From positions 186,001 to 250,000 of the forward strand of contig CM035355.1 of NCBI GenBank assembly GCA_020137815.1: DNA of 64,000 nt, read 5' to 3'. The translations under genes were made by a program, and so were the position numbers. The DNA comes from Hormiphora californensis (taxonomy: Eukaryota > Animalia > Ctenophora). The notes under the pieces were generated by a model. The model did not search any database, had not been told where the DNA came from, and worked only from the letters and a program-made list of their open reading frames with translations. This document shows, one piece after another, positions 40,348 through 52,887 of this stretch; position 1 is the first letter of the stretch, and every line of letters begins with the position of its first letter.

Positions 40348-40678
40348 CAATGTAGATTGTAGTGTTAACTCTTGCAAATAGTGTTCCCTCTATATTTCAG
40401 TAAGAACTGATCATTTACACACACTTTGTGTGTAACATAGAAGTTAAAAATAAACAGCCAGCCAGTGGGAAATATACCGCCGCCCAGCTGGCTGTTTATC
40501 GAGAGCGTGCCAGTGGCACTGCTCGCCACTAGCATGGTATATAGATTTGTACATGCTTAGCTGAAATGTTTCTAGCTATCAAGAGCTAATTTTACCTATT
40601 GCAGCTAATTCAAAAAGTAAAGTGGTCTTAGACAAAAATTTTAGCTCCATTTGAAAAATCATCACTTGGGCTGATACA

Positions 40679-43536
40679 CACGGCGTGCCCCATAGTAGTT
40701 TAACATTTGTTAATTGGCTAAATTAGAGCAATATTCACTTTCTTTGAAAGTAAGCGGAGAATAGGCGGCAGATCGGTAGAACTTCGACAGAATTTAGGGC
40801 AGGTCAATTTAGGGCAGGTCTAAATTTAGGGCAGGTCTGAATTTAAGGCAGGTCTGAATTTAGGGCAGGTCTGAATTTAGGGCAGGTCTGAATTTAGAGC
40901 AGGTCTGAATTTAGGGCAGGTCTGAGTACTAACAGGGGGACCCTACCCCCCTCTGTTCGCTTAGCAATCTTCAAGGGTCCTTATTTCTGAGCGAATAGGG
41001 GAACCTTACTCTTGACTGAGAAAGCACTAGGAATTATAGATGTAGGGGCTATTTTAGCGAAGCCGTATGAAAGCATGTGAGCTCCTCCTGGAAATTGTTT
41101 ACGCAGCGTTCCCAAGGAGATGCGCCTCTCGGTCGGGGTGCTAAATTAGTCTCTTCTCCTCCGGTTAAAAAGAGGCTACATCTACATTTCCTACCTTTTC
41201 TGGCAGTCAAAGGCTTAAGGCTTAATGTTTAGAGACTTCATGGGAATTTGAGAATAGCCAATAGGGGGTCGAGTCGGATTTTAAGCTTACTTCAACCGTT
41301 AGGCGTTTTTTTGGCTTAAGGCTGAAAATGCAAATCGGCTTTACCGTTTTGCTAATTTTGAGGCTTAAACCAATAACGGCTACGGTTGAAATAGGCTTAA
41401 AGTCCGACTGACCCCATTACTTGCTATTGCCTACAAAATGGCACCAATGAAAAGTCTCTAAACCATTCCTAAGTGGCTATAGCCATATAGCCTAAAAACG
41501 GTTATGCGCAAAACTAATTATCCAATTATCTAATTAACCGGATGAGATAGAGACTTAATTTCAGCACCTACCCCCACTAATTCGAGGACGCTGATCATTT
41601 TGGTGCCCTCGGTTTTGTCTCTACTCCTTTCCTAACATGGCTATAGCCATGTGGCCATCAAACGGCTATGCGCATACCTAATTATCCAATTATCTAATTA
41701 ACCAGATGAGATAGAGACTTCATTCCGGCATCTACCCCCACTAATGCGAGGACGCTGAACACTTTGGTGCCCTTAATTTTGTCTCTAATCCTTTCCTAAG
41801 GGTAGATACAGCTTTTTTTCCCCTTATGCTCAATTACCAATCAATTAGGGGCTAATTACACACCTTCCCCCAAATAATTGAGACTGACATTTTGGTTTTT
41901 TATGTTCAGGAGACCTATACCTAGGATGTACAACCGGAATTGGCTTGCCTCTCGTGACTTCTAGGTTGAAACACGTTTTGACAGGCTTAGTATCTCATCA
42001 GGAACCGGAGATATTACGGTATCAATTTTAAAAAAGGCACACTCATTTGTCAGTAGACCCCCTATTTTGCACATATTTCTAGCCGACAAAAAATTCTGAA
42101 AAAAATGCTGAAAATTAATGATAAATCAAAATAAGACGATATACGAAAAGTTTTAGGTATCTTGTCAACCTTTAATTAGCTAAATTAGAGCAATATTCAC
42201 TTTCTTTTAAAGTAAGCGGAGAATAGGCGGCAGATCGGTAGAACTTCGACAGAATTTAGGGCAGTCAATCAAATCAATCAATAAGCATGTGAATGCGATT
42301 CGGGGAAGCTTATTAGCGGTGTGAGACGATACGAGATATGGAACATGATTCGGGGAAGCCAATCAGGAGTGTTAGACGATATGAGACACGATTGGGGAAG
42401 GTTTCTATCGCTTTCCATCCCTAGACCCTATCCCCCTCTCTGTTCGCTCTGTCTCTCTTTCAATTTCTCTTACTTTCTCTGAGGGAGAAAGGGAGATACC
42501 CTTAACTTCTTGACTGCTAGGAAAGCACGTAGGAATTGTAGATGTAGGCGGCTCTTTTTACCGAGAGTCGAGATAGAAAGACTGTTGAGCTCCTCCGTGG
42601 AAATTGGTTTCGCAGCTTTCCCATCAGGTAGATGTAGGCAGCTCTCGGTCGGTGGCTAAACATTGTCTTTTCTCTCTCGGTAAAAAGAGCCGCCTACATC
42701 TACAATTCCTACGTGCTTTCCTGGCAGTCAAAAAGTTAAGGGTATCTTCCTTTCTCCCTCAGAGAAAGTAAGAGAAATTGAAAGAGAGACAGAGCGAACA
42801 GAGAGGGGTCTAGGGTCTAGGGATGGAAAGTGATAAAAACCTTCACCGAATCGTGTCTCATATCGTCTAACACTCCTGATTGGCTTCCCCGAATCATGTT
42901 CCATATCTCGTATCGTCTCACACCGCTTATAAGCTTCCCCGAATTACATTCACATGCTTAGTACTTAGTCCTGCCCTAAATTCAGACCTGCCCTAAATTG
43001 ACCTGCCCTAAATTCAGACCTGCCCTAAATTCAGACCTGCCCTAAATTGACCTGCCCTAAATTCAGACCTGCCCTAAATTGACCTGCCCTAAATTCTGTC
43101 GAAGTTCTACCGACCTGCCGAATAGGCATTGTACTGGATTTTCATAAAACGCTGCTTCTAGGGCGAAAAGGACCCAAAAAATCGATTTGTGATATTTTGG
43201 GACCCTATCTTATGAACCAGTACCAGTTTGGACGTTTTTTCACCAAAAAACACCTAAAAACGCGACTTTCTCCATTTTGCCTACATTTTAAAGATTTGAA
43301 TTCAGCGGCATTCGATTCTACGTGCAAAAATAGGTCGGGGACAACCACATCTTGTAGAATTTCTTATTTTCAAAGTGAAAAAAAGATAGCTATCTTTTTC
43401 TCAATTTTCTGAAGCCGCAGCGGGTCTACATGATTATTCCCGCTCCGCCACGACCTTCAGGGAGGCCCTCCCGACCAGTTAAAACCGGAATTGGAGGTGG
43501 TCACTCAAATGTTAAACTACTCTGAGGCACGCCGTG
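40679..43536. mobile_element. Chapaev-like element with nested insertions
   Basis: TIR cacggcgtgcc..gtagtttaacatttg / caaatgttaaactac..ggcacgccgtg; TSD taca/taca. Confidence 0.75.
40767..43119. mobile_element. TIR element with 17-bp subterminal repeats (atttagggcaggtctga)n, nested in the Chapaev-like element
   Basis: TIR ggcagatcggtagaacttcgacag / ctgtcgaagttctaccgacctgcc; 8-bp flanking repeat gaataggc. Confidence 0.65.
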
Positions 43537-44674
43537 TACACCTTGTTAATTGGTATCCTCTAAAAATCCTCAAAATTTCAGCCTTCTAGCCCTAAAATTA
43601 AAATTTAGGGACCATTAAAATTTAGGGACCGATTTTTAGGGTCCTCTTTTTTCCAACTTTGAGGGGCTGTAGCAAAAATATTGCATATTTGAGGTCATGG
43701 ATTCTATGAGCCAGAGTTGCATGAGCCAGAGTTGTAGGTCACCATTTGAGGTCCCCTTGGTATGCCCTACAACCCCATTATATGCATGACTAGCGCACCC
43801 ATTGGGTGCGCCCCAAGTAAGGGCGTTTTGATAACCCACCCGGCTCCGCCGGGTGGCCTTCTTTTTTCCAAATATGTCACCAATTCAATGGTTGCCATGG
43901 CAACTAAATCGGTAACTATGGAGACTGAATTGCTAAATTATGTTCCGAAATGATCTCAAACTGCCAGCAAAGTAAAAACAACTGCTCCCAAAAGAGGGGC
44001 GGGTGTTACACGTAACGCTTTGGGTTTGACATCTGATTTAGAGTTCTATTCGACTCCCATAATAATGGGTGTGGTAATTAAACATGTGACACTGTGCAGT
44101 GTACTGAGCTGATGACTGTGAGATATGTGACACTGACAGGGCCTGGTTTCTGATGAGATGAAATGTGATCGGATAGCAGGAGCAGTGAGCACACATCAAG
44201 AGGACCCAAAACAATTTAAATCAGTGCCATAGCAACATGAAGTGGTCATGACAGGAAGTTATCATTCCAGGAACGCGCGCAGCGGAAGGAGAAGTTAAAG
44301 CAGTCGCTGTTAGTAGCCACTGTGTGCGCGCGGCTCAACTTCCGCCATAGTTACGTAATTTTGGTCACTGCACCACTGCAGGACGCCATTGAAATTCTTA
44401 ATGAAGGAGCAGACTGTCGCTTAGATACCGCTGAACGAACGACCACCACGTCGTTCATCTCCAAATTATAATAGAGATGGGCTAAGCGGGCACTCGAGCT
44501 ATTCCCTTAAGTGCTCATTCGGTGAGCCTGCCTGGTTCTCGTGGGTACATAATATTGTTTCGGTATTCATTTGAATGTTGAAAATCAAAATCAAATATAA
44601 TGCCGATTTTCTATTTGGAATTATACATAACATGTATAAAAAAGAGCTCAAAATAGTTGACGGGAAAACTGTAC

Positions 44675-44822
44675 CTAGTGATTCGATGTTGTTTAGAAGT
44701 ATACTGTAGAGATAGGACGGGTCCAACATAGACTGAATAAGATGATGTATCTTTTGCGATAAGATATCTCCAATTAGCTCACAAAATAGTTCAGCTCTCC
44801 ATAGCGATGAAGGTGTGATCTC
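44675..44822 (-). CDS. SNX25: SNX25-like exon 5, end of PXA (EITPSSLWRAELFCELIGDILSQKIHHLIQSMLDPSYLYSILLNNIESL)
   Basis: Acceptor gtttttag|, donor G|gtacag; 148 nt, phase 0 to 1; DPxY motif at the PXA C-terminus. Confidence 0.88.
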
Positions 44823-46724
44823 CTAAAAACGGGTTGATCAATTTGCAACATTTCTATAAACATCTACATGGGGCAGAAAAAGGCCCTCCCTAGATAATTG
44901 TATAACGCAAAAACTTGAACCAAAACCAAACACGTTTGGTGGATTTCCCGGGGCATATGAATGGCCATATGAATGGGCATATGAATGGCCACAGTTTGGA
45001 AAACTCAGGTGTTTTATGCAATGATATAACTTTTATTTGTTTTCTTTCATTAAGAAGTGATTGGACAGTTTGTGAATAGCGGACTTGACAGCACCCCGGC
45101 CCCCGGGCGTCTCCATATCATTTATTTTCGATATAAAATATTTTCACGTTCTGTTGCCCCGGGAAATCCACCAAACGTGTTTGGTTTTGGTTCAAGTATC
45201 ATGTGTTTTGGTTTTACCACAGATTCATTTCTCGACCAAATTGAGCCGGCCTGAAGTTTATCTAAAAGCGGTAGACACTCGCGATATACATATATTGAAA
45301 ATCGTCCTAAATTTTAAGACCGTCATAACTCTTGTTATGATTGACCAATTTACACCATCTCGCTTTAAAACACGGCCAAGCGCTAGCACTAAAAGATGTT
45401 TTTGGAATTGTGCAGTTACTGTTTACCGTTTTTGAGAAATCGTGTTTCTTAGAAATCGTCTTAATTATTTAAGACCGTCATAACTCTTGTTATAATAGAC
45501 CAATTTATACCATCTCGCTTTAAAACACGGCCAAGCACTAGCACTAAAAGATGTTTTTGGAATTGTGCAGCTACTGTTTACCGTTTTTGAGAAATCGTGT
45601 TTCTAAGATTGACTTGGTTACGAAGTCACCCCTATTACTGCATATAGGGGTGACAATACCGCTTACCTAAAAATGAGAATTTACAGGACCTTCTCATGAA
45701 AAGTTATCGAAAAACTTGTATAAAACCTATCTAAAACGTATGGTACTAGTTTGTATAGTAACCAGGACCTGAATTCTACAGAAAGTAACGACCGGTAGCG
45801 ATTACACCACATGTTTAACAACAGAGGTGTGTCGCATAACTCCTTATATGGGCATAAAATTCCAACCTTGTGGAATTTATTCTGACTCGACTATAGCTTA
45901 GTTATCAATGAATCCACCTCTAATACCTTTGGAATGGCATTTTGCACATTTCTGAAGCTTTTTGTAGCCAAATTCCAGCATCTTCATAGTTTTCCAAAAA
46001 GAAAAACAGTGTTAATGGCCAAAATATCGAAAAATTCCGGTATGTAATGGTAGCTCAGACAATTTCCTCGGTATGTTCAAAAAATTAGAACTTTCTGTTT
46101 TGTAGTTTGGACACAGGATTTTTTTTCCCGCCGTACAAGCAATATTATTACCCCTCCGTGAGCTAGCGCAGAGGGGGAATTTCATTACCAAAAGATTGAC
46201 GCAAAAATCTGTAGCTATATACCTACCTATACGAAAACCAAAGAAAACGAATTTTCTATGTATGTACATATATCGATCGATATATCTTAAGTGTGCGAAA
46301 ATTGAGCCCTTCATAACTTGTGAAGTACAAACGCTAGGAACGTGAAATTTTTACACAACAAAGTTCCGTAGTTGGCAACTCTTAATACAAAATTTGAGCT
46401 AGATTGGAAAAATGGAAGTATGTTTTTTAGCCGCTTGAAAAGGGCCTATCTGTAAAATAAGTATATAAGCGCTGGCCCGTAAAGGGGTGTTGACAGCCAG
46501 TTCCCCTCTCTGCTGTGGGTGTCAGGTTACACTTTACTACTCCTGCATACTACTGCTGCAGTAATGGCACTACTTTCACCACAATTGTGTTTCTTGGCCT
46601 GGGGTTGGCCCCGGGGCGCTTGCCAGCGCTGTGATTTGACACAGTCTAATATATAGGTTGAGGAATGTTGAGGACTTTTAGAATTTGACAAGATACCTAA
46701 AACTTTTCGTAATACATATCGTCT

Positions 46725-47247
46725 TAGAGGAAGTAATTTTGATATCTCCTTCTGGTGCTGATACACACTCACACGCCCTCCGTACAACAGTTATATAGGG
46801 GAATCTCACACACACACGGGCAGATCTCGGTCAAGGAGAGATTAATTGATTATTCAGAATAAAGAGATCTGAGCAAGAATTAAATAGGGAAAAAAATCGA
46901 AAAATACTAGGTTCGACCAGGAATTGAACCAGGGACCTCCAGAGAGACGCGCTCGATGCTCTACTACTGAGCTACCGAACCCCTGTACAGATCGTATTTC
47001 TTCACACTATATTCAAGCACATGCCCTTAGCTAGACACCATGTGATAGAGGAAGTAATTTTGATATCTCCTTCTGGTGCTGATACACACTCACACGCCCT
47101 CCGTACAACGGTTATATAGGGGAATCTCACACACACACGGGCAGATCTCGGTCAAGGAGAGATTAATTGATTATTCAGAATAAAGAGATCTGAGCAAGAA
47201 CTAAATAGGGAAGAAAATCGAAAAATACTGGGTTCGACCGGGAATTG
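46725..47247 (-). mobile_element. tRNA-derived repeat in a partial tandem (period 321 bp); tRNA-like cloverleaf at 46910-46981
   Basis: Minus strand GGTTCGG-TA-GCTC-AGTAGTA-GAGC..CCTGG-TTCAATT-CCTGG-TCGAACC; A/B-box-like motifs; defective anticodon arm. A related body occurs at 8825-9000. Confidence 0.7.
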
Positions 47248-47909
47248 CATTATGTATTCATAATGCGGTGTTTCCCTGCCATAAATGGGTCTAAAATTGA
47301 TGGCTAAGCTTTAAAATCGGATTTCCCGATGAATTTTGCACTCAAAGAGCAATTTTTGGCTGATACAATGTTGGTTGCTATGGTATCCAGACATATCGTC
47401 TTATTTTGATTTATCATTAATTTTTGTCGACTAGAAGTATTTAAAAATTGATACAATAATATCTCCGATTCCCGATGAGTTACAGAATCCTTTTTGGTAG
47501 CGCTGGATAGGTCTTATTGAGACCAATCCAACGCAACCAAGATAAAGTAGCTATCTTTTGAGGAACCGGAAACGTGAATTTCAATTTGCAAGACGCAGTG
47601 AGTGTGCCCAGTAAACCCAGTGATGACAATATCGGTAGACCCCCTATTTCGAATTTTTTTCAACCGACAAAAAATTCTGAAACAAGAATTATTGCATTAT
47701 GTATTCATAATGCGGTGTTTCCCTGCCATAAATGGGTCTAAAATTGATGGCTAAGTTTTAAAATCGGAATTCCCGATGAATTTTGCACTCAAAGAGCAAT
47801 TTTTGGCTGATACAATATTGGTTGCTATGGTATCCAGAATTGTTGCTATGGTAATCAAAGCAGTTGCTATGGTAACTAAGACAGTTGCTATGATTACCAA
47901 TGCAGTTGG

Positions 47910-50450
47910 AAGGTAAGGTAGCTGAGAGATGGAGTAAATGGGAGGTAGGGAAGCTGAGAGATGGAGTAAATAGGAGGTAAGGTAGCTGAGAGATGGAGTA
48001 AATGGGAGGTAGGGTAGCTGAGAGATGGAGTACTAAATGAGATGTAGGGAAGCTGAGAAATGGAGTAAATGGGGAGTCACCCCTCCCTGCCGACGTGGGT
48101 ATGTGGGTATAATGTCCTACGTGCCGACGAAATTGGGATGAGATCGCCGTCGGCACGTAGGACATTATAATGCATTATATAATGCATTATACCCCTATTT
48201 TCTGCCCTCCCTGCCGACGGACCTCCCTACCGATCGGCAGGGAGGGCCGTCGGCAGGGAGGACATTTTACCCCTCCTTTTACCCTCTGTACCGACGATCG
48301 GCAGGGAGGACATTTTACCCCTCCTTTTACCCTCTGTACCGACGATCGGCAGGGAGGACATTTTACCCCTCCTTTTACCCTCTGTACCGACGATCGGCAA
48401 GTAGGGCCGTCGGCAGGGAGGACATTTACCCCTCCTTTTCAGCCTCACTACCGACGATCGGCAGGGAGGACATTTACCCCTCCTTTTCACCCTCTGTACC
48501 GACGATCGGCAGGGAGGACATTTTACCCCTCCTTTTACCCTCTGTACCGACGATCGGCAAGTAGGGCCGTCGGCAGGGAGGACATTTACCCCTCCTTTTC
48601 ACCCTCTGTGCCGACGAAACCATAACCCAAACTTAGCCCAAACCATCGCCCTAACCATCACCCTAACCACCGCCCTAAGGCCTAACCACCACCCTAACCC
48701 TAACCCTAACCACCGCCCTAACCCTAACCCTAACCCTAACGATACTCAGAGGAACAATACACAGTTAACTCTTCGTATTTGGCCTGCTGGCCAAATTCTC
48801 GAGCTCACAGAAGGAGTGAAACGCCCTCCCTACCGATCGTCGGTACAGAGGGTAAAAGGAGGGGTGAAATATCCTCCCTGCCGATCGTCGGTACAGAGGG
48901 AGAATAGGAGGGGTAAATGTCCTCCCTGCCGAATACTCTCTCGGAGTCAGTTTTCGGCAGGGAGGGCGGAATATAGGGGTCAAATGTCCTACGTGCCGAC
49001 GGCGATCTCATCCCAATCTCGTCGGCACGTAGGACATTATACCCCTATATCCCGCCCTCCCTGCCGAATGACCTCCCTGCCGACCCGTCGGCAGGGAGGT
49101 CCGTCGGCAGGGAGGGCGGGTACCGGTGGTTAGGGCGGTGGTTAGGGTGATGGTTAGGGCGATGGTTTGGGTTATGGTTTCGTCGGCACAGAGGGTGAAA
49201 AGGAGGGGTAAATGTCCTCCCTGCCGATCGTCGGTAGTGAGGCTGAAAAGGAGGGGTAAATGTCCTCCCTGCCGACGGCCCTACTTGCCGATCGTCGGTA
49301 CAGAGGGTAAAAGGAGGGGTAAAATGTCCTCCCTGCCGATCGTCGGTACAGTGGGTAAAAGGAGGGGTAAAATGTCCTCCCTGCCGACCGTCGGCACAGA
49401 GGGTAAAAGGAGGGGTAAAATGTCCTCCCTGCCGACGGCCCTCCCTGCCGATCGGTAGGGAAGTCCGTCGGCAGGGAGGGCAGAAAATAGGGGTATAATG
49501 TCCTACGTGCCGACGGCGATCTCATCCCAATTTCGTCGGCACGTAGGACATTATACCCCCATATCCCGCCCTCCCTGCCGAATGACCTCCCTGCCGACCC
49601 GTCGGCAGGGAGGTCCGTCGGCAGGGAGGGGGTGACTCGTAAATGGGAGGTAGGAAAGCTGAGAGATGGATCAAATGGGAGGTAGGGTAGCTGAGGGATG
49701 GAGTAAATAGGAGGTAGGGAAGCTGAGAGATGGAGTAAATGGGAGGTAGGGTAGCTGAGAGATGGAGTAAATGGAAGGTAAGGTAGCTGAGAGATGGAGT
49801 AAATGGGAGGTAGGGAAGCTGAGAGATGGAGTAAATGGGAGGTAGGGTAGCTGAGAGATGGAGTAAATTGGAGGTAGGGAAGCTGAGAGATGGAGTAAAT
49901 GGGAGGTAGGGTAGCTGAGAGATGGAATAAATGAGAGGTAGGGAAGCTGAGAAATGGAGTAAATGGGAGGTAGGGTATCTGAGAGATGGAGTAAATGGCA
50001 GGTAGGGAAGCTGAGATATGGAGTAAATGGGAGGTAGGTAAGCTGAGAGATGGAGTAAATGGGAGGTAGGGGAGCTGAGAGATGTAGTAAATGGGAGGTA
50101 GGGTAGCTGAGAGATGGAGTAGATGAGGAGTAGGGTAGCGGAGAGATGGACTAGATTAGGGGTAGGGTAGCTGAAAGATGGAGTTGATGAGGGCTAGGGA
50201 AGCATAGAGATGGAAACGATTATGGATAAGGATTCCCTAATCGTTTCCATCTCTATGCTTCTCTAATAGGGAAGCTGAGAGATGGAGTAGATGAGGAGTA
50301 GGGTAGCTGAGAGATGGATTAGATAAGGGGTAGGGTAGCTGAAAGATGGAGTAGATGAGGGGTAGGGTAGCTGAAAGATGGAGTAGATGAGGGGTAGGGT
50401 AGCTGAGAGATCGAGTTGATGAGGGGTATGATAGCTGAGAGATGGAGTAG
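47910..50450. repeat. 32-bp tandem satellite (gggtagctgagagatggagtaaatgggaggta)n, interrupted by the 48074-49638 element
   Basis: Units visible at 47910-48073 and 49639-50450. Confidence 0.9.
48074..49638. mobile_element. MULE-like foldback element with CCCTGCCGAC repeats and a (TAACCC)n tract, inserted in a satellite array
   Basis: TIR gagtcacccc..ctccctgccgac; 9-bp flanks gtaaatggg; telomere-like repeat at ~48620-48740. Confidence 0.72.
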
Positions 50451-50653
50451 ATCAAGATTAAGAAATATTTGATTCGGCACCGACCCTCTCTCTACTCCTC
50501 GATGTTTCCCGCCATGTAATATATAATGTTCTGCAGCTGCTGTGTGAGAGTTGAACGCGAGCGTGTCAATAACATGACACGACATGCAACACGACATGCA
50601 ACACGACATGCAAGATGCGAGATGCGAATTTCATTATTTTGAAGTTTTGTGGG

Positions 50654-51995
50654 CACGGCGTGCCTGGCGAAACTTTAACACGACCTAGCATGCTACGGGA
50701 AACCACCACTTGTACGTGGTAGCTGAGGGTCTACAGAATGGCGCTACGGTGCGGGAAAAAACATTCCATTGCCTAAAATCTTTTTTTTTTACTTTTATTT
50801 GATTTGGGTCAAAATTGGCTATATTAAACGTGGTCCCGAAAAATCCATAATGACTTAGCACACAAAATTTGTCACCCCCACCTATTTCTGCACGTAGAAT
50901 CGATTGCCGTTGAAGTCAAATCTCTAAAATGACTGTAAAATGGTCAAAAGTTGATTTTTTACCATTTTTTGGAGGTTTTTGGCCCCTAAACCATTGAAAA
51001 CGTTGAGATAGGAATTTGAAACTAGTGCCAATCGTTAAAATGGTCATTTTTCTACCAAGAACCAAGTTTTCGTGTATATCCGATTTATGGTTAGATTTGG
51101 GCAAATTGTTGAAATCTGCCAACTAGGAGAACCGTAACTTGATTTTCTTGTTTTTTGGATTTTGGCATTTTTGACAAACTTCTGATTGAAATGGTCAATC
51201 GGGACCATGCTTAAGTTGTTTATGGGACAATTTTCGACTAAAATCCAAGATTTCATACCAATCCAATAACAGATCGTTGATTTATAGAAAATTTAAGTAG
51301 GCAAAACGGTCAAAATAAGCAAGAAAAGTTGTCATTTTGACCGTTTTGCCTACTTAAATTTTCTATAAATCAACGATCTGTTATTGGATTGGTATGAAAT
51401 CTTGGATTTTAGTCGAAAATTGTCCCATAAACAACTTAAGCATGGTCCCGATTGACCATTTCAATCAGAAGTTTGTCAAAAATGCCAAAATCCAAAAAAC
51501 AAGAAAATCAAGTTACGGTTCTCCTAGTTGGCAGATTTCAACAATTTGCCCAAATCTAACCATAAATCGGATATACACGAAAACTTGGTTCTTGGTAGAA
51601 AAATGACCATTTTAACGATTGGCACTAGTTTCAAATTCCTATCTCAACGTTTTCAATGGTTTAGGGGCCAAAAACCTCCAAAAAATGGTAAAAAATCAAC
51701 TTTTGACCATTTTACAGTCATTTTAGAGATTCGACTTCAACGGCAATCGATTCTACGTGCAGAAATAGGTGGGGGTGACAAATTTTGTGTGCTAAGTCAT
51801 TATGGATTTTTCGGGACCACGTTTAATATAGCCAATTTTGACCCAAATCAAATAAAAGTAAAAAAAAAGATTTTAGGCAATGGAATGTTTTTTCCCGCAC
51901 CGTAGCGCCATTCTGTAGACCCTCAGCTACCACGTACAAGTGGTGGTTTCCCGTAGCATGCTAGGTCGTGTTAAAGTTTCACCAGGCACGCCGTG
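50654..51995. mobile_element. Chapaev-like (CAC..GTG, 4-bp TSD) foldback element; near-perfect ~660-bp arms
   Basis: CACGGCGTGCC termini; TSD tggg/tggg; identical ORF translations on both strands in the track. Confidence 0.8.
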
Positions 51996-52713
51996 TGGGG
52001 TTGCGATTTTTGTTTTAGGTCGGAGAGTGAAACGGCCGGTACAGTGGTAAACTAGATTAAAAACTGTACGCCTCGTTAGACGCGATTTTTCCTATCTTGT
52101 CTGGTTCCTGAGATATGGCCCCCTAAAGAGTTGGTGTCTCAAACTGCTGAATCGGGGTCACGCGAGGAAAATGGGCATCAGTTTGCGTGTACTGCTCCGT
52201 TTTTCACGGGACTTGAACGAGGGTGACGGCAAGAGTCTCACCTATTACATGGTATCCTTACATTGTGTATTAAATCTAAAATGACTGAGCAGCATGCTTG
52301 TTAATGAACCTTGACGTGTTTGCTTGTCTCGCAAGAGCGCTTGCGACTAGCAAACACGACATGCAGTTCACACCCTGTTTACAGCTTTGGTCACATAAAG
52401 TGTTTCATGAAGGAGCACTGTCGCTTAGATACCGCTGAACGAACGACCATCACGGCGTTGGAAAGCTAATCGATAGCCATAGACAATTGTTTAAATTTTA
52501 TACCGAAAATTATGATTTCTGGGGGAGGGGGTCCAGCCCTAAAAAAGCTAAGCCATCGGCCAAAATTAGGGTACCATTAGCTTTTTATAGGCTAAAAAAG
52601 CTAAAAAAGCAAGCAGCTGTGGGTCGAAGTGCCAACGTGCCAGAATACAGTAAGAAGTATTTTTTAACCAAAATTGGCATTTTGCGAGGTCATGTCCACA
52701 TGCAATTAATTAC

Positions 52714-52777
52714 CTGTAATACAATTATTGAAACCTTTTTCAAAAATATTTTTTCTTCGGAGAAGTGATAGCAAAAT
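52714..52777 (-). CDS. SNX25: SNX25-like exon 4, PXA (FCYHFSEEKIFLKKVSIIVLQ)
   Basis: Acceptor ctcatcttttcag|, donor CAG|gtaatt; 64 nt, phase 2 to 0; ExxFLxxxS PXA motif. Confidence 0.85.
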
Positions 52778-52887
52778 CTGAAAAGATGAGAATGTTAGAA
52801 TTACTATTATTATATCAGCTTTATGGTAACGAAAAGGTCAAAAGGGCACGGCATTCGCAGCTGGCGTGGGGTATATTAGGTATATAA

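Noticed and set aside
45917-46000. Possible PXA exon (NVQNAIPKVLE)
   Set aside because: Weak splice sites; 52714-52777 fills the same gap with strong sites and the ExxFLxxxS motif.
46910-46981. Functional tRNA gene
   Set aside because: Mismatched anticodon and T stems, a non-canonical anticodon loop, and a location inside a dispersed repeat; treated as tRNA-derived.
48620-48740. True telomere or chromosome end
   Set aside because: Short, degenerate and enclosed within a TIR element with flanking duplications.
47910-50450. CRISPR-like array (also considered for the 16-17-bp, 33-bp and ~170-bp repeats)
   Set aside because: Units are contiguous with no unique spacers, there are no cas genes, and the context is a eukaryotic intron.
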